From assembly GCA_050951325.1 (NCBI GenBank), contig JBMNIW010000012.1, positions 1 to 64,000 of the forward strand: a stretch of DNA of 64,000 nucleotides, read 5' to 3'. The first letter of the stretch is position 1. Every line of letters begins with the position of its first letter. Position numbers and translations under genes: made by a program. This DNA comes from Clostridia bacterium. Lineage in GTDB: Bacteria > Bacillota > Clostridia > UBA1212 > DUPL01. The notes below the pieces were generated by a model, which searched no databases, was not told where the DNA came from, and worked only from the letters and a program-made list of their open reading frames with translations. Below are positions 39,251 to 49,755 of the stretch, in pieces.

Positions 39251-39829
39251 TTATTCCAGTACAAGATTCTCCGCTATAAATTCTGCATCAGATATATAAA
39301 CTTCATACTTGTCGATAGTTGAAGCAAAGGTGATTATATATACATTGTCATTCTCCATAAAGAACACCTGTGCCCATGCAAGCTCGTATTCTGAATATGT
39401 ACCTGTGTAGATTATATAATACCCTTTCCAGTTGTCTGTCTCAAATTCATCAAAATCTATCTGCTCAAAATTCTCGATAAAACTGGACAGTTCTTCTATA
39501 GCCAGATCTGCATACTCATCAAGAGTAAAATGCTCGCCAATGCCTCCATCCACCAATATGTTTACATTGGACCTGAATCCTTCATCATCAGGTGAGAAGA
39601 AGGTAACCAATGCGCCTGGTACGTCATATGTGACTGACCAATCGCTGGGATACCTGGTTTTGAATGAATACTCCTCATTAACATACTCCTTGGAGTTCTC
39701 GTCATCCGGTTCTTCTGTAACCTCAGGGGTTGGTGTGGGTGTAGTACCATTATCCTTTATGGTTGTAAAACATCCGGATAATACAACCAGACTTAATAAC
39801 TATGCCAAAAATACAATATACCTCTTCAT
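39251..39829 (-). pseudogene. PsbP/DcrB-like lipoprotein interrupted by one in-frame TAG at codon 10
   Basis: MKRYIVFLA*LLSLVVLSGC...TRYPSDW... in a single frame; paralogue of 40082-40693. Confidence 0.75.
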
Positions 39830-40081
39830 TGTTTATACCTACTTTCTTATATAGTTTAGCTATTATACAACCTTTGGGAATAATAAACAATACACAAAAA
39901 CGAGATGAAGATGCAAGACAAGGAAGCTGGAAGTGGCGCGTCTTGGATAAGAGACCCTAATTCACTTGATTTGAGAATGTAAGATAGTTAATGTAGTCTT
40001 GGATTCAATTGGAATTGCCGCTTCCAACTTCCTTGAAAGCAAGGAGAGAAAATATAATTTAAAGATATTTGGCTATCATGT

Positions 40082-40693
40082 CTAGAAAAATTCCCATTTA
40101 TCCACCATCATTATGGATTCTTCAAGGTATGTATCAAAGTTTTCCTCATCTGCGGCAAAAGTGAACAGGTAAGCATTATTGTCCTTTACGAAAACCACCT
40201 GATAAAAAATTAAATTAAATCCTGCCATTTTACCTGAATACTTCATGTACTTTCCTTTCCAGTTTGCCTCATTTTCCCTGTCGCCGGTCTCAATCAGCTC
40301 AAACTCTGAAATAAATTCCGCCAAGACTTCAATTGCATTTTCCACGTACTCCTCTGCCGTTTTGTCTCTTGCAGTACCTTTCTCAATCTTCAGGTTTGCA
40401 TTTGGTTTAAATATTGCTGAAGCATCACTTGTAAAGGTAACAATGTCCTCATCATCTGAGGTAATTTCCCAGTTCTTTGGATATCTGGTTTTGTAGAAGT
40501 ACTTGTTGTTTACATATGATTTGGATACATCATCATCAGGCTCCGGCGTAACATTTCCAGGAGTTCTTTCACCATTATCAGTGTCTGACACATCGTCAGT
40601 TTTCTCTCCCCCGTCTTTTGGAGGTGCATCACATCCAACAAATACGGATAGCGTTAGTATTAACGCAAGAATCGTAATTAAAATCTTTTTCAT
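40082..40693 (-). CDS. PsbP/DcrB-like lipoprotein
   Basis: Lipobox FVGC, TRYPKNW, AYLFTF. Start at MKKILI. Confidence 0.75.
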   Translation of the reverse strand: MKKILITILALILTLSVFVGCDAPPKDGGEKTDDVSDTDNGERTPGNVTPEPDDDVSKSYVNNKYFYKTRYPKNWEITSDDEDIVTFTSDASAIFKPNANLKIEKGTARDKTAEEYVENAIEVLAEFISEFELIETGDRENEANWKGKYMKYSGKMAGFNLIFYQVVFVKDNNAYLFTFAADEENFDTYLEESIMMVDKWEFF

Positions 40694-41056
40694 CCTGATA
40701 CCTTCTTTCCTTTTATCTCGCCTTCCCTTCATCAATGAATCCTGAATACTTGACGGGCATATACATACTTCATAAATACGTCTTGCGTTCATCAATGCCA
40801 AGAAATTCATAAAAAGATTCACATCAACTCTATTAAACTAAAAACCTCTTACAAAAATGAGAGTTCCTGTCTCTTTTTTGTAAATCTTGTCATCTTATAT
40901 TGTATTATAATTTACAAACAATATGTATACAATATGAAATACAAAATTTACAATAATTTAACAATATATACAGGCCCTAAATACAGCGTTTTCAAACTGT
41001 CAAAACAGTATAGTATATGGTAAAATAGTAACATACCAATATTGGAGGGACACTTG

Positions 41057-42415
41057 ATGCTTTTCAACATTTTATTCTGGTCAAGTATAATCTGGGTTGC
41101 ACCCCTTGTGTATTACATGCTTGCAAACGAAACCAAATTCAAAAAGAATATCGCCGTTGGAGTCACCATACCTTTGGAAGGAAGAAGTGATGAGGAAGTT
41201 ATAAAAAGGCTGGAAAAGTTCAAGAAAGAACTTCGTTTTGCATGTATTATTCTTGTTGTTGTCGCAATAGCATGTCTTTTTGTATCCGACATTTATACAA
41301 CCATATCTCTTTATGGCATATGGATAGTTTTTTGTATTATTCTTTCGTATATTCCCTATGTGAGATGCAACAAAGACTTGAAGGAAATAAAGAGAAAAAG
41401 AAACTGGCAGGCGGACACACCAAAGGCCATTACCGTTACGAAATTGCCTGAGATAAAAAGGTTCCCTTTATATACCTTCATACCTGCCTTTTTAATCAGC
41501 ATAGTCCCTGTCTTTTTTGACACAACCCTTTTCGTGGTTTATTTACTCAACACCATTTCTATTCTTCTTTTCTGGCTTTTGTACCGCCACGCCTATGAAA
41601 ACAAACCGGAAATGGTTAATGACAATCTGGAACTGACAAAAGCCTTGACCCAGGTAAGGAAGCAAAACTGGAGCATCATGTGGCTTGTTTCTTCCTACCT
41701 TATGTCTTTTCTGAGTCTTGTCATATTCTTGACTCAAAATCACCCCTTTCCAATGCTGTTTTCAATACTCTTAATAACAGCAATATTTATCATTGCGATT
41801 ATGAGAATAGAATTCAAAACAAGGAAAATACAAGAAGACCTCACAAAAGATACCGGTCAGGACCTTTATATAGATGAGGACGACGCCTGGATAGGAGGCA
41901 TAATCTACTACAACCCCAATAACAAGAAATTGTTTGTAAACTACAGGGTGGGTACAAATGTAACAGTGAATGTGGCAAGACCTGCAGGAAAAGTTTTTCT
42001 TGCCATAACAATCCTTTTACTTATCGCCATACCCTTCACAGGTCCAATTTTAAGCCAGATAGGAAAAGCACCTATTGAACTGTATGTAAAGGACAATTAC
42101 ATTACAGCAAAAAATGGCGGTACGGAATATTCTATCAAACTGGATAATATAGAGAGCGTTGAATTATTTGAAGAGAAACCTGATATATCTAGAATTAATG
42201 GGACGGGATTGGAGAATCTTGCAAAAGGAACCTTCACTTTAAAAGGCGTTGGAGTGATTAAAGTGATTCTTGACCCAAACCACACACCTTTTATCCTTGT
42301 GACAACAAAAGATAATAAAAGATATCTGTTTGGGTCAAGAGATGAAGAGCATACAAGAAATGTATACGAAGAGATTAGTAAGAGTCTGCAAGCCTCTCCA
42401 AATCTTCAACCTTGA
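41057..42415 (+). CDS. Multi-TM membrane protein (DUF5808-like motif plus bacterial PH-like C-terminus)
   Basis: WIGGIIYYNPN...GTNVTVN and RING.G...KG.F; GGAGG RBS. Confidence 0.7.
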   Translation: MLFNILFWSSIIWVAPLVYYMLANETKFKKNIAVGVTIPLEGRSDEEVIKRLEKFKKELRFACIILVVVAIACLFVSDIYTTISLYGIWIVFCIILSYIPYVRCNKDLKEIKRKRNWQADTPKAITVTKLPEIKRFPLYTFIPAFLISIVPVFFDTTLFVVYLLNTISILLFWLLYRHAYENKPEMVNDNLELTKALTQVRKQNWSIMWLVSSYLMSFLSLVIFLTQNHPFPMLFSILLITAIFIIAIMRIEFKTRKIQEDLTKDTGQDLYIDEDDAWIGGIIYYNPNNKKLFVNYRVGTNVTVNVARPAGKVFLAITILLLIAIPFTGPILSQIGKAPIELYVKDNYITAKNGGTEYSIKLDNIESVELFEEKPDISRINGTGLENLAKGTFTLKGVGVIKVILDPNHTPFILVTTKDNKRYLFGSRDEEHTRNVYEEISKSLQASPNLQP

Positions 42416-43580
42416 TATGCATGAAATTAGCCTTTGAATATCTTGGAAGGTCTTCTTCCACCACCATGGAGTAGAAGATGTACAAAATCTTCTCTCCATT
42501 TACTTCTTCTACAAAGGTTTGTGGAAGATGGGTTCCATACATCTTGTCTTCAGGGAGTATCCTCCCTATAACCTTCCACTCATAACCATTGGTTGAATAC
42601 GCCATAACAATCTGTCTGTCGTTCTGAGGTCCCAAAGCAGTACCAAAACCGGTACAGTCTGAAAAAGAATAGTACCTGTTATTAATCTTTACAATTTCGG
42701 GATTTGGCCAGTCTCTAAGCTGTGGATTCTCATCCGCATGCAGCACCTGCCAATGCGTCGGGTCCATAAACTCTCCATTATTGACAGCATACCCCATGGA
42801 AACAAAGGTCCCTGGCAGAAAGTAGTCAAACCAGATCTTCCACTTGTCCTCTTCCTCGTCCCATATAAGCGAGGGTCTGTGGTATCCTCCCATGCTGGGC
42901 GGATGAGGCTCTCTTGCATCCCAGCCTTCTTCATATTCCTTGTCCCATATAAGTATTGGGCCTTCAGTTTTTGTCCAGTTGATACCATCTTTTGATATGG
43001 CTCCCATTACACAGTTTACAATATAAGTAATACCATCCCTGTTATCAAATCCTACTGAGGAAAAAACCATGTAGTAGTTGCCATCCTTGTATACAACGGA
43101 AGGGTCTCCGTTGTGTATCGAATCGTAGGGTTTGCTATCCCTTGTCATAACAGGCTCCCACTTTGGAACATCCATCGTATCGTCCCAATTACCATTACCA
43201 CAATACACTTCCCATTCAGCAAGGCTCCTGCCACGGGCAAGATAGATGGAGTCGTAACCAAGATACTTGCTTTCCTTGTGGCTTTCTCCAAAGAAGAACA
43301 TCCTGTATGGGTACTCCTTGTCATTTACCTTTACAACCTCAAAGTTGTAAAGGTTATAAAAGCCGTAGAGGATGGGACTGTCATTGACAGTAAAATGTTC
43401 TGTCAGCTTTCTGTTTCTAAATCTGGGACTGTCTTCAGTGTAATTAATCTCAGGAATCTCCTCTTTTTTACTCTCTCTTTTCGGTGTTTTGTCAATATCA
43501 TTAATTTTCCCGTTATCGCACCCGGTTATAAATGCCACAAGAACAATTAATTTTACAAGAAAAAGTAAAGTCTTACGCAT
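42375..43580 (-). CDS. Lipoprotein with five-bladed beta-propeller glycoside-hydrolase-like domain
   Basis: Lipobox ITGC, DPSVVY, SKDGINW, STNGYEW. Confidence 0.7.
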   Translation of the reverse strand: MRKTLLFLVKLIVLVAFITGCDNGKINDIDKTPKRESKKEEIPEINYTEDSPRFRNRKLTEHFTVNDSPILYGFYNLYNFEVVKVNDKEYPYRMFFFGESHKESKYLGYDSIYLARGRSLAEWEVYCGNGNWDDTMDVPKWEPVMTRDSKPYDSIHNGDPSVVYKDGNYYMVFSSVGFDNRDGITYIVNCVMGAISKDGINWTKTEGPILIWDKEYEEGWDAREPHPPSMGGYHRPSLIWDEEEDKWKIWFDYFLPGTFVSMGYAVNNGEFMDPTHWQVLHADENPQLRDWPNPEIVKINNRYYSFSDCTGFGTALGPQNDRQIVMAYSTNGYEWKVIGRILPEDKMYGTHLPQTFVEEVNGEKILYIFYSMVVEEDLPRYSKANFMHIKVEDLERLADSY

Positions 43581-43583
43581 GAA

Positions 43584-44178
43584 TTACCCCTTTCTCCTCT
43601 TTATAACTACAAAAACAACAGCCAAAGTCACCAGTACCACACCTACTCCAATCACTATATAAATTATGCTATTATTTCCTTTCCTTTCATCCTTTTCTTC
43701 CTCTTTTTGGCTTGGTTCAGGACTTTGTGTTTCTGCTGGTTTTTCAGTCTCAACAGGTTCCGTTTCCTCCGGTTCATCAATCTCCTCATACTTTGCACTC
43801 AGCACCCTTACATTTCCCTCATGTACAAACACGCCCAAATATCCAATAACAGACTCCGGATCATCAATAACAAAAAAATCAATGTCGTTCAGATACAAAA
43901 TTGCCATTTCTTTACACCTAGTAGTATTCCAGCACCGTATCCACTTTCCTTTTCAAACTCTACACTATAGAAAAAACTTTTGCTTCCATCAACGGCAGTA
44001 TCACTGACACAAAAGTCATATACAGTCTGCTCACTTCCATCCTTCAGACCTTTGTCGGTTATCTCCCATGTAGATTCAACACCCTTCAAATTCTCCATAT
44101 TTGTTTCAAAGCCTTGTCCCATTACAGAAACTAACGGCAAGCATTCAATAAGTATGACAAACAAATTCTTTTCAGCAT
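43584..44178 (-). pseudogene. Fragmented secreted protein with C-terminal membrane anchor
   Basis: GGAGG RBS and ATG at 44178, then frameshifts; last fragment has an E/P/T linker, TM helix and KRRKG. Resembles 49756-50598. Confidence 0.65.
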
Positions 44179-44465
44179 TATAGCACCTCCAAACATGTTG
44201 GATATATTATACAGCACTTGAAAGAGTTACACCATAGGGACAAATCATCTGTACAACAATCAATCACGGTTTAAAGTGTCGTTTGATAAAGTCATTGCAA
44301 AAAAGAAGAAATAGAGTAAGATATAGAAAACTCGCAACTTTCGTTGCCAGAAAGCAATAAGAGGTATTTTTTCTTCTGTGAAGGGGTGTTATATGACTCT
44401 TTTACGGGTACAGTATAGAGTATGCTGTATGTAAAAAATATGTGCACTACAATTGGGAGGTTTTT

Positions 44466-45620
44466 ATGAAAAAAATAATATACACAACATTTATATTGCT
44501 ACTTGCCTTACTCATACCTACAGCATGTGTAAGCGACAAAAAGATAGAACATAAGGAGCCGGAGATGAAACTTGAAGATATTGTTGATTTTATTCTTGAA
44601 ATAGAAGAGGATAGAGAAATTAGGATACTGCAGCTTACCGACACACAAATAATCGATGCAGGGCAATGCAGGACTGAAGACAGATTGAACTCCACTGCAA
44701 AACAAAGGTGGGCAACCAATACAATCGAATCTAACTGCTTCAACTATATAAGGGACACCATTGAAATGACAAACCCTGATTTGATTCTAATTACCGGCGA
44801 TATCATATACGGTGAATTTGACGATACTGGGGAATCGCTTTTGAAGTTATCAAGATTCATGGACTCTTTTAAAATACCCTGGGCTCCCATCTTTGGCAAC
44901 CATGAGAATGAAAGTACCAAGGGTGTTGACTGGCAGTGCGAAGTACTCGAAAATGCTGAATACTCCTTTTTCAAAAGAGGAAATGTAACAGGCAACAGCA
45001 ACTACACAATAGGCATTGTACAGAACGATGACCTTAAGAGAATCATATATATGATGGATTCAAACGGATGCAGCAATACAAACGACCCCAGCGTTAAAAA
45101 GACGGTTGGTTTTGCAGAAGATCAGCTTGCATGGTTTGAGGAAACAGCAGAAAAGGCAGAACAGTTTGCAGGCGACAAGGTGAAAAGCTTTGTAGGTTAC
45201 CACATACCAACCATAGAGTTTGGGCAGGCTGCGGTTGCTGCAGGTTATCAGGAGAGTCCCACCCAGACCAAGTCCTATGTCATAGGAAAGCATGTGGAAG
45301 CAAAGAATGGCGACTTTGGCAAGAAGAGCGAGCCCTTTGCAGGAATGCATGAAGTACCCGGCCTTCTTGACATGTTCAAGGAACACGGTGTGGATGGCGT
45401 GTTTGTGGGCCACTGCCACCAAATCAGCACAAGCGTGCTTTATGAAGGTATCAGGTGGACATTTGGGCTTAAAACAGGCACCTATGACAGCCATGACACC
45501 AAATACGTTGGCGGCACATACATTGAGGTCAAAACGGACAACTCCTTTACAGTTGAGCACAAGCATGTGGATATCTACACGATAGAACCCGACACATACC
45601 AGCACATATATATGGACTAA
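44466..45620 (+). CDS. Metallophosphoesterase with lipoprotein-type signal
   Basis: PTAC possible lipobox; TDTQ, TGD, GNHE, GHCH; close paralogue of 38214-39233. Confidence 0.88.
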   Translation: MKKIIYTTFILLLALLIPTACVSDKKIEHKEPEMKLEDIVDFILEIEEDREIRILQLTDTQIIDAGQCRTEDRLNSTAKQRWATNTIESNCFNYIRDTIEMTNPDLILITGDIIYGEFDDTGESLLKLSRFMDSFKIPWAPIFGNHENESTKGVDWQCEVLENAEYSFFKRGNVTGNSNYTIGIVQNDDLKRIIYMMDSNGCSNTNDPSVKKTVGFAEDQLAWFEETAEKAEQFAGDKVKSFVGYHIPTIEFGQAAVAAGYQESPTQTKSYVIGKHVEAKNGDFGKKSEPFAGMHEVPGLLDMFKEHGVDGVFVGHCHQISTSVLYEGIRWTFGLKTGTYDSHDTKYVGGTYIEVKTDNSFTVEHKHVDIYTIEPDTYQHIYMD

Positions 45621-45699
45621 AAATTAATAAATCGACATATTTTGTACCTCGAATATGGTATAATATACAAAAAGCAAATAGAAATGGAGGTACATAGTC

Positions 45700-46383
45700 A
45701 TGAAAAGAGTAATAGCCATACTGCTGGTCATGGTTTTGGCTCTCGGTGTTTTTGCAGCATGTAAAAAGGAAGGAGAAGACTCTCCTACTCCAACACCAGA
45801 GCCTACAGATACACCTGTTCCGACTGCGACACCAACACCTACACCAGAACCCACGCCGGAACCTACTGCAGAGCCGGGTTCAAATGTAGCACTCAATAAA
45901 CCCTTTGAGGTATCTTCAGAGACGGATTCCACATATGTACAATGGGGATGGGCTGCTGAATTTATTAACGACGGACTTGTTGAAGCAGATCACAGCATCC
46001 CTCATGTAGGTTGGACATCACAGGTCAAGCAGTACATTGCCCTTGAGGATTTTGAGGAAGAGTGGATATGGTTCGACCTTAAGGCAGTATACAAGATTGA
46101 CAAAGTGGTACTCTGGCCAAGACAGGACCAAGTGGAAAACTTCCCGATGGACTACCACATTGAAGTATCCACCGATGACAAGAACTTTACCAAAGTTGCT
46201 GAAGTGACGGGAGATACAAGGTCCAAAGACGGGAGCATGGATCCTGCCACTATTACCTTTGACCCTGTGGATGCAAGGTACGTGAGGATTGTAATTACAA
46301 AACCCAGCGACCTGCCATCAGGAAATGACGGATATCTTGTACAGTTTGCAGAAATTGAAATCTATTCCTACAAGGAGGAATAA
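45700..46383 (+). CDS. Discoidin (F5/8 type C, CBM32-like) lipoprotein
   Basis: FAAC lipobox, PT linker, NVALNKP, WIWFDL, ARYVRI, AEIEIY. Confidence 0.88.
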   Translation: MKRVIAILLVMVLALGVFAACKKEGEDSPTPTPEPTDTPVPTATPTPTPEPTPEPTAEPGSNVALNKPFEVSSETDSTYVQWGWAAEFINDGLVEADHSIPHVGWTSQVKQYIALEDFEEEWIWFDLKAVYKIDKVVLWPRQDQVENFPMDYHIEVSTDDKNFTKVAEVTGDTRSKDGSMDPATITFDPVDARYVRIVITKPSDLPSGNDGYLVQFAEIEIYSYKEE

Positions 46384-46391
46384 TGCAAGTT

Positions 46392-46425
46392 AAACAAGCC
46401 ATTTCATAACCGAAGTGGCTTGTTT
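46392..46425 (+). terminator. Rho-independent terminator
   Basis: aaacaagcca...tggcttgttt. Confidence 0.7.
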
Positions 46426-46464
46426 TATAATTTTAATTTTAATTACAACAGGGAGGTAATGGAC

Positions 46465-47139
46465 ATGAAAAGAGCAATATCCATTTTACTGGTTATGGTT
46501 ATGGTTCTTGGTGTTTTTACAGCGTGTAAAAAGGAAGGAGAAGACTCTCCTACACCAAAGCCTACAAACACCCCAGCTTCGACAGCTGAACCTACTCCCA
46601 CAGAGGAACCTACACCCTCGCCATCACCTGCCCCAGGCACAAATGTGGCACTTAACAAGCCCTTTGAGGTTTCTTCAGAAACCGATGCTACATTTGTTCA
46701 ATGGGGATGGTATTCAGAATACATAAACGATGGTGTAATCGAACACGATCCAAGCGCTCATGCCGGCTGGACATCACAGATCAAGCAGTACATGTCACTG
46801 GAGGATTTCGGAGAAGAATGGGTATGGATTGACCTGCAGGGAGTAATATCCATCGACAAGGTTATGCTATATCCAAGGCAGGATAACGGCGGCTGCTTCC
46901 CAATGGACTACTACATTGAAGTGTCCACGGATAATGAAAATTTTGAAAAGGTTGCAGAAGTCACAGGAGACGACAGATCAAGAGAAGGAATCAAAGAACC
47001 GGCTATATTGACTTTCGAACCGGTAGATGCAAGGTATGTAAGACTTGTGGTCACAAAGCCCTTTGAAGTACCTGCAGGCAATGACGGATACCTTGTACAA
47101 CTGGCAGAGTTTGAAATCTACGCAGCTCCCAGCAGTTAA
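46465..47139 (+). CDS. Discoidin lipoprotein, tandem duplicate
   Basis: Same motifs as 45700-46383; GGGAGG RBS. Confidence 0.88.
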   Translation: MKRAISILLVMVMVLGVFTACKKEGEDSPTPKPTNTPASTAEPTPTEEPTPSPSPAPGTNVALNKPFEVSSETDATFVQWGWYSEYINDGVIEHDPSAHAGWTSQIKQYMSLEDFGEEWVWIDLQGVISIDKVMLYPRQDNGGCFPMDYYIEVSTDNENFEKVAEVTGDDRSREGIKEPAILTFEPVDARYVRLVVTKPFEVPAGNDGYLVQLAEFEIYAAPSS

Positions 47140-47148
47140 AAAAGTAAC

Positions 47149-47178
47149 GCCACTTCGGAAACGAAGTGGTCTTTTTTT
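47149..47178 (+). terminator. Rho-independent terminator
   Basis: gccacttcg-gaaa-cgaagtggt followed by T7. Confidence 0.8.
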
Positions 47179-47248
47179 ATGTTTTACTTCTTTAAACCTA
47201 AATTGGATGATATAATAAGGGGGATAAAAAACACAAAGGAGAAAACAG

Positions 47249-48460
47249 ATGAATAAAATTGTCATATTCTCTCTATTAATAATGCTGTTTGTGACAGGCT
47301 GCCAGGCAGGCAACAAAAATGCAAAAGGCTACATTAGAGAAGATATTGATTCCTACGGCAAAGTGGCCTGGAAGGATGAGATTGAGTACAAGGTTGAAAA
47401 GCAAGGCAAAATATACTCTGTTGTTGATTTCAACACTGTCCACGAAGCAATTGACAAGACAATTGAGGAAGGTGGCGGCACCGTATACTTCCCTCCCGGC
47501 AGTTACTCAATCGACAAGCCAATCGAGCTTGATTTGCCCGAAGGCGTCAAAATAACCTTGTTGGGAGAAACCAATGGCCACTGCATATTAAAAGGAGAAA
47601 AGGATATCGAAGGCCCTGTCGTCTCAATTCTATCAGAAGGAGTAAGCCTTGGTAATCTTGTATTTCAGTCCTACGCTCAAGAGCAACCTGCAGTGCTTGT
47701 AAAAGGTGACGGGACCAGGATATACAAGTGTTTCTTCCAAGGGATGAACGTAAGGAATTTGGAAAGCACTGCAATCGTTGCAGCAAGCAATGTAAGTGTA
47801 ACTTCCTGTACTTTCTCAAATGTCAACAAGGAAGCCTACACTCTTGAAATTACCAAATTTCCTGACAAGGAAGCAAAAAATATATACATAATTGATTTCT
47901 TTTTGAACGGAGAATTCAATGGCTTTGTAATAAACTCCGATGACGAAAATGGTTGTCCTGAAAACGTACTAATTCAAAGAGGCGTTTTCCTTAACTACAA
48001 CACAGAGCAACTGACGATAAAGTCTGTCAAGAATCTTGTTGTGGACAACAACATGCTTGACCAAAGCGCCCTGTACTGTATTACCATGAACCCTGTATAC
48101 AAAGGTATTGACAATGTTACAATAAAGGAAAACTACATTGCCGCATCCTACAGGTTTGGCGAGCTTGCAGACACAACAGCAATTCTTGTGGACGGCACAA
48201 AGGATTCCAAGATAACCAATGTAGTTATAACCAACAACATGATTGCATACTCTGTAAACGGTATGATAGTAAACGGCAATAACTTTGCAGACAGCAAAGT
48301 TATAGACAATGTATTTCAGTCCACACTAAGCTATGGTTTGAAGATAGAGGAAGCAATCAATTTATCCATTCAAAGAAACTCTTTCAAACCCGATGCTTCA
48401 AGCATTGGTCTCCAGATCGACAAACAGAATGACAAAACAATTGTTAAGGACAACTTTTAG
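47249..48460 (+). CDS. Right-handed beta-helix lipoprotein (pectin-lyase-like fold)
   Basis: VTGC lipobox, GGGTVYFPPGSY, repeated I.NN.I strands. Confidence 0.8.
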   Translation: MNKIVIFSLLIMLFVTGCQAGNKNAKGYIREDIDSYGKVAWKDEIEYKVEKQGKIYSVVDFNTVHEAIDKTIEEGGGTVYFPPGSYSIDKPIELDLPEGVKITLLGETNGHCILKGEKDIEGPVVSILSEGVSLGNLVFQSYAQEQPAVLVKGDGTRIYKCFFQGMNVRNLESTAIVAASNVSVTSCTFSNVNKEAYTLEITKFPDKEAKNIYIIDFFLNGEFNGFVINSDDENGCPENVLIQRGVFLNYNTEQLTIKSVKNLVVDNNMLDQSALYCITMNPVYKGIDNVTIKENYIAASYRFGELADTTAILVDGTKDSKITNVVITNNMIAYSVNGMIVNGNNFADSKVIDNVFQSTLSYGLKIEEAINLSIQRNSFKPDASSIGLQIDKQNDKTIVKDNF

Positions 48461-48473
48461 GAGGTGTGGACAT

Positions 48474-49739
48474 ATGAAAAGAACAGCTTTAATAATTACT
48501 ATGTTTCTTCTTTTGAACACGTCATTTGCCTTTGCCCATCCAATAGATGAGAGCAATCACATATACATAAATGTAAAAGACTTTGGAGCAGTAGGAGACG
48601 GCAGTACGGACGATACGGAAGCTGTAAAGAATGCTGCGAAGAAAGCATATGCTGAGAGCAAGGTATTGTATTTCCCTACCGGTACATATGTGATATCGGA
48701 TGCTATTAAGTTTGGTTTTGACAATTCAAAAACACTAACACTGCAAGGCGGAAATGATGCAGTCATTACCACACCCGAAGATTATGAAGGCGACATTTTT
48801 GTTTCAAACATGGAGTTTAATTTCTATGTAAAGGATCTTAAATTCATCCACAAAGGAACAAAGGGACAGATATTAAATACCCACTACCTGAATGCATACA
48901 ACTGCATTTTTGAAGGAAACAGTACAAACAGAAGCACTCTTGTAAGCTTTGCCGGTTCCAACTGCAAGGTACAAGACAGCACCTTCATAACTAAAAATGA
49001 AAACTCATATGCTCTTGAGTATGTAAGAAGGCCTGACAAAATTTCCATAAACGACTATATCATCGACAACACCTTTACAGGTGTTGGAAACGGTCTAAGG
49101 ATAGCTGCTTCCTCAATGGACGGAAGACCTGAAGGACTGAAAGTAAATGGCTGTACCTTTGAGAATTCAGGAAAGCTGCAGATTCTTGTGGAATGCATCC
49201 TTCACCTGGACATATCCGACAATACATTTAAAAACTCCACAGGCACAGCCATAAAGGTCATGCCAAGAGATTTGGGAGTGCACGGCCTCTTCATTACAGG
49301 AAACAGCATTCAGTCTCGAGAGTACTGTATTGAAGCCCAAGACAATGGCCTTGCCACAATCCACATAGCTGACAATTACATATATGACTCCAAAATGGGT
49401 GTATACATGAATAAAAGCTATTCCGATGTTCATGTACACAACAACTACTTTAAAAACATTACCGATACCCCAATAAAACTCCTAAGCGCATATGAAATAT
49501 ATGTTGCAAAAAACGTTATTGAAGACTCCAACAAATCCTTGCATATAACGGGCGCGAAAGGAAGCTTCGTTATTGAAAACAATGCATATGCCAAAAAAGC
49601 TACTATAGACATAGAAAATTTTACATACAAGGAACCTGCAAAACAAGTCAACATATATGTGGTCTTGTCAATCGTCTTCTCTATAGCGATTATTGCTCTG
49701 ATTGTGGTATTGGTATTTCTTTTGAAAAAGAAAGCATGA
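48474..49739 (+). CDS. Pectate_lyase_3-type beta-helix protein with C-terminal TM anchor
   Basis: NVKDFGAVGDGSTDDT.A...LYFPTGTY; AGGAGG RBS. Confidence 0.85.
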   Translation: MKRTALIITMFLLLNTSFAFAHPIDESNHIYINVKDFGAVGDGSTDDTEAVKNAAKKAYAESKVLYFPTGTYVISDAIKFGFDNSKTLTLQGGNDAVITTPEDYEGDIFVSNMEFNFYVKDLKFIHKGTKGQILNTHYLNAYNCIFEGNSTNRSTLVSFAGSNCKVQDSTFITKNENSYALEYVRRPDKISINDYIIDNTFTGVGNGLRIAASSMDGRPEGLKVNGCTFENSGKLQILVECILHLDISDNTFKNSTGTAIKVMPRDLGVHGLFITGNSIQSREYCIEAQDNGLATIHIADNYIYDSKMGVYMNKSYSDVHVHNNYFKNITDTPIKLLSAYEIYVAKNVIEDSNKSLHITGAKGSFVIENNAYAKKATIDIENFTYKEPAKQVNIYVVLSIVFSIAIIALIVVLVFLLKKKA

Positions 49740-49755
49740 GAAAGGAGTATATTCC

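Noticed and set aside
39800-39802. Genome-wide TAG recoding
   Set aside because: TAG terminates other genes normally (40082, 48460, 53341) and no pyl genes are visible.
39905-40040. Hairpin as 6S RNA, SRP RNA or tRNA
   Set aside because: No diagnostic motifs or cloverleaf recognised.
45781-45875. Low-complexity ACACC-rich repeats
   Set aside because: They encode ordinary Pro-Thr linkers, as in neighbouring genes.
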